DNA from: Candidatus Arthromitus sp. SFB-mouse-Japan
GTDB taxonomy: Bacteria > Bacillota > Clostridia > Clostridiales > Clostridiaceae
Length of the DNA: 32,000 nucleotides
Reading direction: 5' to 3'
Assembly: GCF_000270205.1 (NCBI RefSeq)
Contig: NC_015913.1
Span: 900,001 to 932,000, forward strand
A program made the translations under genes and the position numbers. This document shows, in pieces, positions 16,435-25,524 of the stretch; positions within the stretch are counted from its first letter, which is position 1, and every line of letters begins with the position of its first letter. Under the pieces are notes generated by a model, which saw nothing but the letters and a program-made list of their open reading frames with translations, was not told where the DNA came from and made no database searches.

Positions 16435-17673
16435 TTAACCCCTCCATTTCTTGAAAAGCAACACAGCATTATGGCCACCAAAACCCAAAGAATTAGACAT
16501 TGCGTAATTCACTTCTTTTTTAATACCTTTATTAGGAACATAATTTAAATCACATTCTTCATCTTTAACTAAATAGCTAGCCGTTGGATGTATAAAATCC
16601 TCTTCACAAGATTTTACACAAGCTATAGCTTCAACAGCCCCTGAAGCTCCTAAAAGATGTCCAGTCATAGATTTTGTTGAACTTATCTTAAGGTTATATG
16701 CATGCTCCTTAAAAACTTCCTTAATAGCAATAGTCTCAACAGCATCATTCATCTTCGTACTTGTTCCATGAGCATTTATATAATCAACCTGATCATAAGA
16801 TATTCCTGCTTCATCTAAAACATTTTGCATAGCTTTAGCACTCATCTTACCATCTGGCATAGGAGCAGTAATATGATACGCATCAGTAGTAGAAGAATAT
16901 CCAACTATCTCAGCATAAATATAAGCTCCTCTTTTCTGTGCACTTTCTAAAGTTTCCAATATTAATATACCTGCTCCTTCTCCCATAACAAATCCATTTC
17001 TTTCTTTATCAAAAGGTATCGATGCACGTTCTGGATTATCTGTCGTGTTTAAAGCTGTAAGTGCTGTAAAACCACCTAAAGCCAAGCTAGTTATTGCAGA
17101 CTCACTCCCACCAGTTATACAAATATCCAAATATCCATGTTTTAATAATCTATACGCATCTCCAACTGAATGCGTTGATGTAGCACATGCAGTAACAACG
17201 GACTTACTTTCACCCCTAGCTCCATATTTAATAGCGATATTCCCAGCAGCCATATTTATAATTAACTTGGGTATAGTCAATGGAGATAATCTAACAGAAT
17301 CAGTTTTTTTTAACTTATTTATAACTTCTTCTAAAGTATTGAATCCACCAACTCCCGATCCAACAATAACTCCAAATCTATCTCTATCAATACTTTCCAA
17401 ATCTAACTTAGAATTTTGAATAGCTTCTTCTGCTGCGTATAATGCAAATGTAGAGTATGGATCCAATCTTGAACATTCTTTTGCATTAAGTCTCTTAGAT
17501 ACATCAAAATTCTTTATTGGGGCTATTACCTTCACTTTATCATTACCAATAATTTTATCTCCTATTGCTTCTATTCCAATAACGCCTTCTTTTGCATTCT
17601 TCCAAAACTCTAATACATCATTTCCTATGGGTGTAATAGCTCCCATACCTGTAACAACAACTCTATTATCCAT
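16435..17673 (-). CDS. fabF: 3-oxoacyl-ACP synthase II
   Basis: Active-site TACATSTH, HGTSTKMND and the GHLLGASG motif. 412 aa. Confidence 0.96.
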   Translation of the reverse strand: MDNRVVVTGMGAITPIGNDVLEFWKNAKEGVIGIEAIGDKIIGNDKVKVIAPIKNFDVSKRLNAKECSRLDPYSTFALYAAEEAIQNSKLDLESIDRDRFGVIVGSGVGGFNTLEEVINKLKKTDSVRLSPLTIPKLIINMAAGNIAIKYGARGESKSVVTACATSTHSVGDAYRLLKHGYLDICITGGSESAITSLALGGFTALTALNTTDNPERASIPFDKERNGFVMGEGAGILILETLESAQKRGAYIYAEIVGYSSTTDAYHITAPMPDGKMSAKAMQNVLDEAGISYDQVDYINAHGTSTKMNDAVETIAIKEVFKEHAYNLKISSTKSMTGHLLGASGAVEAIACVKSCEEDFIHPTASYLVKDEECDLNYVPNKGIKKEVNYAMSNSLGFGGHNAVLLFKKWRG

Positions 17674-17686
17674 AAAGAACTTCCTC

Positions 17687-18427
17687 CTACATCACCATTC
17701 CGCCATCTACAGTTATAACTTGACCTGTTATATAATCAGACATATTACTAGCCAAAAACACTGCTAAATTTGATACATCTTCGGTTTTACCCATTTTTTT
17801 TAATGGTATATGAGATAAAATAGTTTCTTTGACATTATCACCTAATACATCTGTCATATCAGTTTCTATAAATCCTGGAGCTATAGCATTAACATTTATA
17901 CCTCTTGAACCTAATTCTTTAGCTAAAGATTTAGTCATACCTATTATTCCAGCTTTAGAAGCAGCATAATTAACTTGTCCAGCATTTCCAATAATCCCTA
18001 TTACTGAACTAATATTTATAATTTTACCACTCTTTTGTCTAAGCATAATACTTGATGCATGCTTAGCACAATTAAACGATCCTTTTAAATTCACATTAAT
18101 TACACTATCAAAATCTTCTTCTTTCATCCTCATAACAAGTGTATCCCTTGTTATACCAGCATTATTAACCAGAATATCAATTCTCGAAAACTTTTCCTTA
18201 CAGAAATTCATCAATTCCTCTGCTACATAAAAATCACTCACATCACCTTTATGTAATATTGCAACTCCACCGTTTTGTTCAATCTCTTGTTTTGTTGTTT
18301 CTGCACCATTATCATCACTTCTATAGTTTAAAACTACTTTAGATCCTTGCCTTGCAAAATTAATAGCTATAGACTTACCAATCCCTCTAGATGCTCCCGT
18401 AACAATAGCAACTTTATCTTTAAGCAT
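17687..18427 (-). CDS. fabG: 3-oxoacyl-ACP reductase
   Basis: TGASRGIGK, NNAGIT and the YAASKAG catalytic YxxxK. The position in the fab cluster fits. Confidence 0.95.
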   Translation of the reverse strand: MLKDKVAIVTGASRGIGKSIAINFARQGSKVVLNYRSDDNGAETTKQEIEQNGGVAILHKGDVSDFYVAEELMNFCKEKFSRIDILVNNAGITRDTLVMRMKEEDFDSVINVNLKGSFNCAKHASSIMLRQKSGKIINISSVIGIIGNAGQVNYAASKAGIIGMTKSLAKELGSRGINVNAIAPGFIETDMTDVLGDNVKETILSHIPLKKMGKTEDVSNLAVFLASNMSDYITGQVITVDGGMVM

Positions 18428-18429
18428 GC

Positions 18430-19371
18430 TTACACCCCACTCAAAACTTTTAAAGATTTGTTCAAAGATGATTCATCTTCAATATTTAATACCGTTACTC
18501 TTCTATCTATTTTCTTAACAAAACTTGATAAACTTCTCCCCGGTCCTATTTCAACAAAAGTATCAATTCCCATTTCAATAATTTTCAATATACTATCTTC
18601 CCAAAGAACAGAACTCATAATCTGATTGGACAATAATTCACAAATTCTATTTCTATCCATCTTATCTGCCGTAACATTTGATATGACAGGAATATTAAAC
18701 TCTATGTTAAATTCTGTGTTTTCTAATTCTTTTTTGAATTTCAATGCAGCCTCCTTAAGAAAGCTTGTATGAAATGGAGATTTAATTGGAAGTCTTACAC
18801 TTCTCAAAGCTCCTCTTTTCTTAAACATCTTATCCGCTATATCAAGTGCAGAAGCCTCACCAGAAACAACGATTTGAGAAGGACAATTATAATTTGCAAT
18901 TTCCAAATGTCCATAAGACTTAACATCATCTATAACTTGCAATATTTTATCCTTATTTAATCCAATGACTGCCGTCATACCATATGAATTTCCATCCAAA
19001 GAATTAACCATAAAATCTGCTCTTTTGTTAACTAATGGAATTGATTTATCGAAATCTAAGATACCAGAACATACAAGTGCTGAATACTCTCCTAGACTCA
19101 AGCCAGCAGTACAAGCTGGTCTTATATCTACTAAACCCTTCAAAGCCTCCATTATGGCAATACTAACTGCCAGTATAGATGGTTGCGTTATTTTTGTATC
19201 GCTTATTTCATCCATACTTCCATTAAATATTTTATCAGAAATAGAAAATCCTAAAATTTCGTTAGTTTTCTCAAAAACTATTCTCGATTCACTAAAATTT
19301 TCATAAAAATATTTTCCCATACCAACATATTGGGATCCTTGACCAGGAAACATAAATGCTACATTCTTCAT
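18430..19371 (-). CDS. fabD: Malonyl CoA-ACP transacylase
   Basis: FPGQGSQYVGMG and the GLSLGEYSA active-site Ser. Confidence 0.95.
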   Translation of the reverse strand: MKNVAFMFPGQGSQYVGMGKYFYENFSESRIVFEKTNEILGFSISDKIFNGSMDEISDTKITQPSILAVSIAIMEALKGLVDIRPACTAGLSLGEYSALVCSGILDFDKSIPLVNKRADFMVNSLDGNSYGMTAVIGLNKDKILQVIDDVKSYGHLEIANYNCPSQIVVSGEASALDIADKMFKKRGALRSVRLPIKSPFHTSFLKEAALKFKKELENTEFNIEFNIPVISNVTADKMDRNRICELLSNQIMSSVLWEDSILKIIEMGIDTFVEIGPGRSLSSFVKKIDRRVTVLNIEDESSLNKSLKVLSGV

Positions 19372-19395
19372 TACCTATTTCTCCTATGTTACTAA

Positions 19396-20373
19396 TTACC
19401 ATTTAATTAATACTGAACCATAAGTAAGTCCACCACCAAAACCAACAAGTATAACTAAATCTTCCTTAGATAAAGAACAAGAATTTCCTAATTCACTAAG
19501 TGCAATTGCAATACTTGCAGCTGAAGTATTACCATATTTACCTAAATTAGTAAAAAACTTATCTACATCAACTTTTAAACGTTTAGCAGCTGCTTCTATT
19601 ATTCTTTTATTAGCCTGATGTGGAACAATAAACTTAATATCACCTATAGAAATATCATTATTTTTAAGTAATACATCAATTCCTTCAACCATAGATGAAA
19701 CCGCAAATTTAAATACTTCTCTACCATCCATATGTATACTAAAATCTATGTCCAACTCTCTATCCATCATAAAATTAGATAAAGGAATAGCCTTAGATAT
19801 TAAAGAATCTGATTTTTCTCCAACTGATCTCGTATATGTATCAATAATAGCAGACCCATTCTCGGAGCGCTCGATATAAATAGCACCTGCACCATCTCCA
19901 AATAATACACAGGTATTCCTGTCTTTCCAATCTATAATTTTCGATAGCACTTCACTTCCTATTACAATAGCATTTCTATATTTTCCACTGCTCAAAAGAG
20001 AATCAGTCACAACAATACCATAAATAAAACCTGTGCATGCTGCATTCAAATCAAAAGCTGTAGCATTTAAAGCACCAATACTTTTTTGAACTAAACACGC
20101 ACATGAAGGTGTATTATTATCTGGGGTAATAGTACAAAAAATAATAAGGTCTATATCTTTAGGATCCTTATTTATTTTATTTAATAAATTTTCTACTGCT
20201 CTAATCCCTAATACAGATGTATTTTCTGTAGAAATACGCCTCTCTCTTATACCTGTTCTACTATATATCCATTCATCACTTGTATCAACCATTTTTTCTA
20301 AATCATTATTGGTTAAAATTTTATCAGGAACATACATACCCATACCCAAAATGCAATTACGTATATAACTCAT
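19396..20373 (-). CDS. fabH: 3-oxoacyl-ACP synthase III
   Basis: AACTGFIYG active-site Cys, PHQANKRI and GNTSAASI. Confidence 0.95.
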   Translation of the reverse strand: MSYIRNCILGMGMYVPDKILTNNDLEKMVDTSDEWIYSRTGIRERRISTENTSVLGIRAVENLLNKINKDPKDIDLIIFCTITPDNNTPSCACLVQKSIGALNATAFDLNAACTGFIYGIVVTDSLLSSGKYRNAIVIGSEVLSKIIDWKDRNTCVLFGDGAGAIYIERSENGSAIIDTYTRSVGEKSDSLISKAIPLSNFMMDRELDIDFSIHMDGREVFKFAVSSMVEGIDVLLKNNDISIGDIKFIVPHQANKRIIEAAAKRLKVDVDKFFTNLGKYGNTSAASIAIALSELGNSCSLSKEDLVILVGFGGGLTYGSVLIKW

Positions 20374-20406
20374 TTAAAATCTCCTCAGATTGTAATTAGC
20401 ATTTTT

Positions 20407-20435
20407 AGTATATTACATTATAAAATCCATGTCAA
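20407..20435 (-). promoter_or_regulatory. Sigma-A type promoter for the fabH-accA cluster
   Basis: On the minus strand, TTGACA (20430-20435), a 17-nt spacer, then TATACT (20407-20412), about 30 nt upstream of the fabH SD. No terminator is visible between glyA and this site. Confidence 0.6.
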
Positions 20436-20460
20436 CTCTCCCAAATTTTTACATTTAAAA

Positions 20461-21681
20461 TTAATATCTAAATAGTGGAAAATGTTTTGTAATATTTTTA
20501 ACACGTTTTCTAAAATTTTCAACATTATTTCCTTTGCTTTCGATTACACCATCTATTATGTCTGCTATTAATGGCATTTCATGTTCACTAAACCCTCTTG
20601 TCGTAATCGCCGCAGTACCAATTCTTATACCACTTGTAATCAATGCCCCCTGTGTATCAAATGGTATACAATTTTTATTAACGGTAATCCCTACATTATC
20701 TAATAGTTTCTCACATTCTTTCCCTGTTATATCTTTATTTGTTAAATCAATCAAAATTAAATGATTATCTGTTCCATCAGATACTAGTTTAAAATCTCTC
20801 TCTTTTAATTCCTCAGCTAATCTTTGTGAATTCTTAATTATATTTTTTGTATATTCCTTAAAATTATCACTCATAGCCTCTTTAAAACAAACCGCTTTAG
20901 CTGCAATCACATGAATTAACGGACCTCCCTGAATTCCAGGAAATATAGACTTATCTACTTTTTCACCATATTCCTTTTTACAAAGTATTGCACCACCACG
21001 CGGACCACGTAAAGTCTTATGTGTTGTAGTTGTAACAAAATCTGCATATATTGTTGGATTTTCATGAACACCACCTGCTATAAGACCAGCTATGTGTGCC
21101 ATATCAACCATCATATAAGCTCCAACAGCATCACAAATTTCTCTAAACCTTTTAAAATCAATTTTCCTAGCATAAGCACTATAACCACAAACAATTAACC
21201 TAGGTCTAACTTTTAAAGCTAAGGATTCAACTTCATCATAATCGATAACTCCTGTTCCCTTATTCACACCATAAAACTTAAAATTATAAGTTTTACCAGA
21301 AAAATTAACTGAACTTCCATGAGTTAAATGTCCACCATGACTTAAGTCCATAGATAAAATGGTATCATTATGTTTCAAAACTGAAGAATAAACAGCCATA
21401 TTAGCTTGTGATCCAGAATGTGGCTGTACATTTACATGTTCAGCATCAAACAATAATTTCATTCTCTCTATAGCTAGACTTTCAATCTTATCTACAACTT
21501 CACATCCACCATAATATCTTTTATTTGGATAACCTTCAGCATATTTATTCGTTAAAATTGTTCCCATAGCATGTAAAACATCATTGCTAACAAAATTTTC
21601 AGATGCAATAAGTTCTATATTATTAATTTGCCTATCTTGTTCATCTAAAATCAAATTAGCTATTTCTCTATCTATTATCAT
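20461..21681 (-). CDS. glyA: Serine hydroxymethyltransferase
   Basis: IELIASENF, the [17 protein letters not shown]-lysine motif and the SHGGHLTHG region. I place the start at the second ATG (21681), 9 nt after GGGAG; the first ATG abuts the SD. I found no confident dedicated promoter. Confidence 0.96.
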   Translation of the reverse strand: MIIDREIANLILDEQDRQINNIELIASENFVSNDVLHAMGTILTNKYAEGYPNKRYYGGCEVVDKIESLAIERMKLLFDAEHVNVQPHSGSQANMAVYSSVLKHNDTILSMDLSHGGHLTHGSSVNFSGKTYNFKFYGVNKGTGVIDYDEVESLALKVRPRLIVCGYSAYARKIDFKRFREICDAVGAYMMVDMAHIAGLIAGGVHENPTIYADFVTTTTHKTLRGPRGGAILCKKEYGEKVDKSIFPGIQGGPLIHVIAAKAVCFKEAMSDNFKEYTKNIIKNSQRLAEELKERDFKLVSDGTDNHLILIDLTNKDITGKECEKLLDNVGITVNKNCIPFDTQGALITSGIRIGTAAITTRGFSEHEMPLIADIIDGVIESKGNNVENFRKRVKNITKHFPLFRY

Positions 21682-21703
21682 TAATATCATCTCCCATATT
21701 TTG

Positions 21704-21768
21704 TTATAAAAAATAAATGCTATGCTAACATATCACTTTATTAAAGCAATTACATTAAACATAGCATT
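21704..21768 (-). terminator. Probable terminator after aspS (9-bp stem, unusually long loop)
   Basis: Minus-strand stem AATGCTATG (21760-21768) / CATAGCATT (21716-21724), perfect 9 bp, followed by TTATTTTTTAT. The loop is 35 nt, which lowers confidence. Confidence 0.5.
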
Positions 21769-21790
21769 CTATTCAATAAATTTATAAACT

Positions 21791-23557
21791 TTATTCTTTT
21801 ATATATATCCCTAGTTCATGTAGTTGAATATCGCCAACTCTACTAGGTGCATTTGATAACAAACACTCCGCTTTCTTATTCTTTGGAAAAGCCATAACAT
21901 CTTTTATGTCAATAACATTAGCTAAAAACATGACAATCCTATCAAGACCAAAAGCAATTCCTCCATGTGGTGGAGTCCCATATTTCAAAGCCTCTACAAA
22001 AAAACCAAATTTTTCATTTATCTCACAATCTGACATACCCAATGCTTCAAACATTTTATTTTGAACTAAGTCATTATGTATTCTTATACTACCACCTCCA
22101 ATTTCTTCACCATTTAAAACCAAATCATAAGCTTTAGCTCTAATCTTAGAATATTCTTTGGTATCAAAATATTTAATATCATCTTCATTAGGCATAGTAA
22201 ACGGATGATGAGAAGCATAATATCTGCCATCTTCTTCGCTATATTCATATAATGGAAAATCTTTTACCCATAAAAACTTAAACTCCGTATTATTATTAAG
22301 TATCCCTAACATATTTGCAAGCTCAATTCTTAATGCGCCTAACGCACCTAATACAGTTTTCTTTACCCCTGGAATTATAAATAAACAATCATTATTTTTC
22401 AATTTATATTTTCCTACAATTTTAATTTTATCCTCATCACTTAAAAATTTATTTATTGAAGATATCACTTGATCTTCTTTATACCTTATATAGATTAATC
22501 CTTTAGCATTAAAATGATCTTTAACAAAACAATTAAGAGTATCTAATTGTTTCCTTGTAAAATCAACATTTTCAGCTTTTATAGCTCTAATTTCCAAATT
22601 ATTTTCTATACACTCTTTAAACATTAAAAATTCTGAATTAATAAAATCATGTTTAACATCTATAATTTCCATATCAAATCTCAAATCCGGCTTATCTGTT
22701 CCATATTTTTCCATGCATTCATCATAACCTAACTCAATAAATTTATCTACAATATTTAAATTAAGTGTAGAATTAAAAACATGTTTGATAAGTAACTCCA
22801 TTTTATTTTTAATATCTGTTTCATCAACAAAACTCATCTCAATATCAATTTGAATAAATTCAGGTTGCCTATTTGATCTAAGATCCTCATCCCTAAAACA
22901 TGTAGCAACCTGATAATACTTATCAAATCCACTTACCATTAACAATTGTTTATATATTTGTGGAGATTGTGGCAAAGCATAAAAATTACCATTATTAATT
23001 CTACTAGGAACCAAAAAATCTCTTGCTCCCTCTGGTGTACTTTTATTTAATATTGGCGTACTCATTTCTATAAATCCATCATTATGTAAAAATTCTCTAA
23101 ATGCATTAAGTGCTTCACTTCTAAGTTTAAATATTTCTTGATATTTATTATTCCTCAGGGAAATATATCTATATTTAAATTTCAAACTATCATTAACATC
23201 AAAACCATCTTCAATCATAAAGGGCAATTGTTCTGATTTTGAGTAAACTTCTATATTGTCGCATATAACCTCAATATCACCATTTTTAATCTGTGTATTT
23301 TTTGATTCCCTCTCCTTAACAATTCCTCCAACCTTTATACAATACTCCGACTTTAAAGAATCTCCAATGTCAAATATAGGACTACCTTCCTTAAATACAA
23401 TCTGTACAATCCCTTCTCTATCTCTTAAATCAACAAATATAAGGGATCCTAAATTTCTCTTTCTATTTACCCATCCTTCTAATATTACTCGTTGATTTAA
23501 ATATTGTTTATCAATTAATCCACAATATTCTGTGCGATGTAATTTCTCAAATTTCAT
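21791..23557 (-). CDS. aspS: Aspartate--tRNA ligase
   Basis: Class II motifs FRDEDLRSNRQPEFIQID, GGGSIRIH and GIAFGLDR, plus an N-terminal OB fold. 588 aa. Confidence 0.97.
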   Translation of the reverse strand: MKFEKLHRTEYCGLIDKQYLNQRVILEGWVNRKRNLGSLIFVDLRDREGIVQIVFKEGSPIFDIGDSLKSEYCIKVGGIVKERESKNTQIKNGDIEVICDNIEVYSKSEQLPFMIEDGFDVNDSLKFKYRYISLRNNKYQEIFKLRSEALNAFREFLHNDGFIEMSTPILNKSTPEGARDFLVPSRINNGNFYALPQSPQIYKQLLMVSGFDKYYQVATCFRDEDLRSNRQPEFIQIDIEMSFVDETDIKNKMELLIKHVFNSTLNLNIVDKFIELGYDECMEKYGTDKPDLRFDMEIIDVKHDFINSEFLMFKECIENNLEIRAIKAENVDFTRKQLDTLNCFVKDHFNAKGLIYIRYKEDQVISSINKFLSDEDKIKIVGKYKLKNNDCLFIIPGVKKTVLGALGALRIELANMLGILNNNTEFKFLWVKDFPLYEYSEEDGRYYASHHPFTMPNEDDIKYFDTKEYSKIRAKAYDLVLNGEEIGGGSIRIHNDLVQNKMFEALGMSDCEINEKFGFFVEALKYGTPPHGGIAFGLDRIVMFLANVIDIKDVMAFPKNKKAECLLSNAPSRVGDIQLHELGIYIKE

Positions 23558-23572
23558 AAAAGTGTAATCCCC

Positions 23573-24832
23573 TTATAAAAAATATTTTTGTATCTCTTTA
23601 TCATTATTTAAATTTAAAATAGTTACTTCACTAGTATCCATATTCTTTATCTTAATCATACCAGTATACAATTCATCTCTACCTATAACTACTATATTTT
23701 TAGCATTTATCTTATTAGCATACTTCATCTGTTGCTTAAAACTTCTATTTAAACAATCTGTATCACATTTAATATTAAATTTTCTTAATTTATTACATAT
23801 TTTTAGAGCATCAGTTTTATACTCTTCGCTATGATTAATTACAAATAAATCAATTCTATCATCTTTTACATACCTATATAAATTATCACCTAGCGATAGT
23901 AAAAGTCTCTCAATCCCCATTCCAAAACCAACAGCAGGACAATCCTTTCCACCAAGTTCTTCTATTAAATTATTATATCTTCCTCCACCGCATAGAGTTG
24001 TATTCGATTCATCTACTATCTCAAATACAGTTCTAGTATAATAATCCAATCCTCTAACAATACTACTTTTTACTTCAAAATCAACATTAAACATATTCAG
24101 GTATAGTTGAACATCATTAAAGTGTTTAGTGCAAGTTTGACATATGTAATCAAGTATACTAGGAGCATCTTCTAAAAGCATATTTTTACATTCTTCATTT
24201 TTACAATCCAATATCCTTAATGGATTTTTTTTCAATCTTTCTTGGCAAATACTACATAAATTTTCACTAATACCTTCCAAGAATTTTTTAAATTTTTGGT
24301 TATAAATACTTCTACATTCATCACACCCTAAAGAATTTATATATACCTTAATATTTTTCAAATTAAGGTCATCATATATACTATATGCCATACTTATAAT
24401 CTCTGCATCAGATATAGGTGAATCAGTTCCAAATATCTCAACTCCAAATTGATGATGTTGTCTTAATCTTCCTTTTTGCACATTTTCATATCTAAATACA
24501 GGTGTTATATAAAATAACTTCGTTGGTTGAGGATTTGAATACATACCATGTTCAATAAACGATCTTATAGTAGGAGCAGTACCCTCAGCTTTTAACGTTA
24601 TACTTCTATTTCCTTTATCATTAAAAGTATACATTTCCTTTTGTACTATGTCCGTTGTATCACCAACACCTCTTAAAAACAAATCTGTATATTCAAATAT
24701 CGGTGTCCTTATTTCTTTAATACCATATATTCTAGCTTTATTCCTTAAAAAGTTTTCTATATATTTCCATATGTAAGTTTCCCAAGGCAAACAATCCTTT
24801 GTTCCCTTGGGTGATTTAATAATTTTATCCAT
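23573..24832 (-). CDS. hisS: Histidine--tRNA ligase
   Basis: PKGTKDCLP, FRYENVQKGRLRQHHQFGVE, GGGRYNNL and GFGMGIERL. I place the start at the ATG at 24832 (MDKII); the first ATG at 24844 directly abuts AGGAG. The gene overlaps the end of the MBL hydrolase gene. Confidence 0.96.
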   Translation of the reverse strand: MDKIIKSPKGTKDCLPWETYIWKYIENFLRNKARIYGIKEIRTPIFEYTDLFLRGVGDTTDIVQKEMYTFNDKGNRSITLKAEGTAPTIRSFIEHGMYSNPQPTKLFYITPVFRYENVQKGRLRQHHQFGVEIFGTDSPISDAEIISMAYSIYDDLNLKNIKVYINSLGCDECRSIYNQKFKKFLEGISENLCSICQERLKKNPLRILDCKNEECKNMLLEDAPSILDYICQTCTKHFNDVQLYLNMFNVDFEVKSSIVRGLDYYTRTVFEIVDESNTTLCGGGRYNNLIEELGGKDCPAVGFGMGIERLLLSLGDNLYRYVKDDRIDLFVINHSEEYKTDALKICNKLRKFNIKCDTDCLNRSFKQQMKYANKINAKNIVVIGRDELYTGMIKIKNMDTSEVTILNLNNDKEIQKYFL

Positions 24833-25463
24833 CCAAATTTTCATCTCCTAATATATCTCTTAAAAACCTATTATTAATTTTTTCTTCTCCTATGCTACTT
24901 TCCTCACCATGACCTGGATAAACTATCGTATCATCTGGTAAGCTAAATAATTTAAATCTAATGCTCTCTATAATCGTATTAAAATCTCCACCATACAAAT
25001 CAGTCCTTCCTATTGTTCCCTTAAAAAGAGTATCACCAGTAAAAAGCAAATCATCAATCCTATAACTTACACTTCCAAGAGTATGCCCGGGAGTAGCTAT
25101 TACTTCCACCTCAAAACTATCAAAATTTAATATCAAATTATCGTATACAGGATTTATATTATATAATTTTGTAAATAAATATGGCTCATCATATTGAGAT
25201 TGTAAATCTGGTAGAGACATAAAAAATGTTGTGTTAAAATGACGTTGTATATACTCTACTCCCATAGTATGATCAAAATGTCCATGTGTAAGTAATCCAT
25301 ATTTTATATTTAAATTAAGATTATTTTTCTCAATGTAGTTAACTAATTCTTTACCATCCCCACAATCAATAATGATTGTATTATTATCAGCCGTGTTATG
25401 AACCAAATAACAATTACACTCATAACTCCCTAACGGAACTCTATAAACATTAATACCACTCAC
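24825..25463 (-). CDS. MBL-fold metallo-hydrolase (glyoxalase II-like)
   Basis: HGHFDH metal motif, then ATPGHTLGS, a later GDTLF and the PGHG region. GTG start 6 nt after GGAGGG. Confidence 0.85.
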   Translation of the reverse strand: MSGINVYRVPLGSYECNCYLVHNTADNNTIIIDCGDGKELVNYIEKNNLNLNIKYGLLTHGHFDHTMGVEYIQRHFNTTFFMSLPDLQSQYDEPYLFTKLYNINPVYDNLILNFDSFEVEVIATPGHTLGSVSYRIDDLLFTGDTLFKGTIGRTDLYGGDFNTIIESIRFKLFSLPDDTIVYPGHGEESSIGEEKINNRFLRDILGDENLDG

Positions 25464-25524
25464 AATTTGCCCTCCAAAATAGCATGATCAAAAATTTAAT
25501 ATTAATTATTATTATATATTATAA

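Noticed and set aside
21691-21790. The aspS-glyA intergenic region, considered as a possible small riboswitch or attenuator for glyA (for example folate-related).
   Set aside because: The region is only 100 nt and almost entirely A/T. It shows none of the GC-rich conserved cores I associate with THF, glycine or T-box elements. The simplest reading is an aspS terminator with a long loop. The lack of a clear glyA promoter remains unexplained.
25464-25524. Absence of dtd (D-aminoacyl-tRNA deacylase) between relA and the MBL hydrolase, where many Firmicutes have it.
   Set aside because: The argument rests on absence alone, gene content at this junction varies between lineages, and dtd may sit elsewhere in the genome. 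It is not informative from this window.
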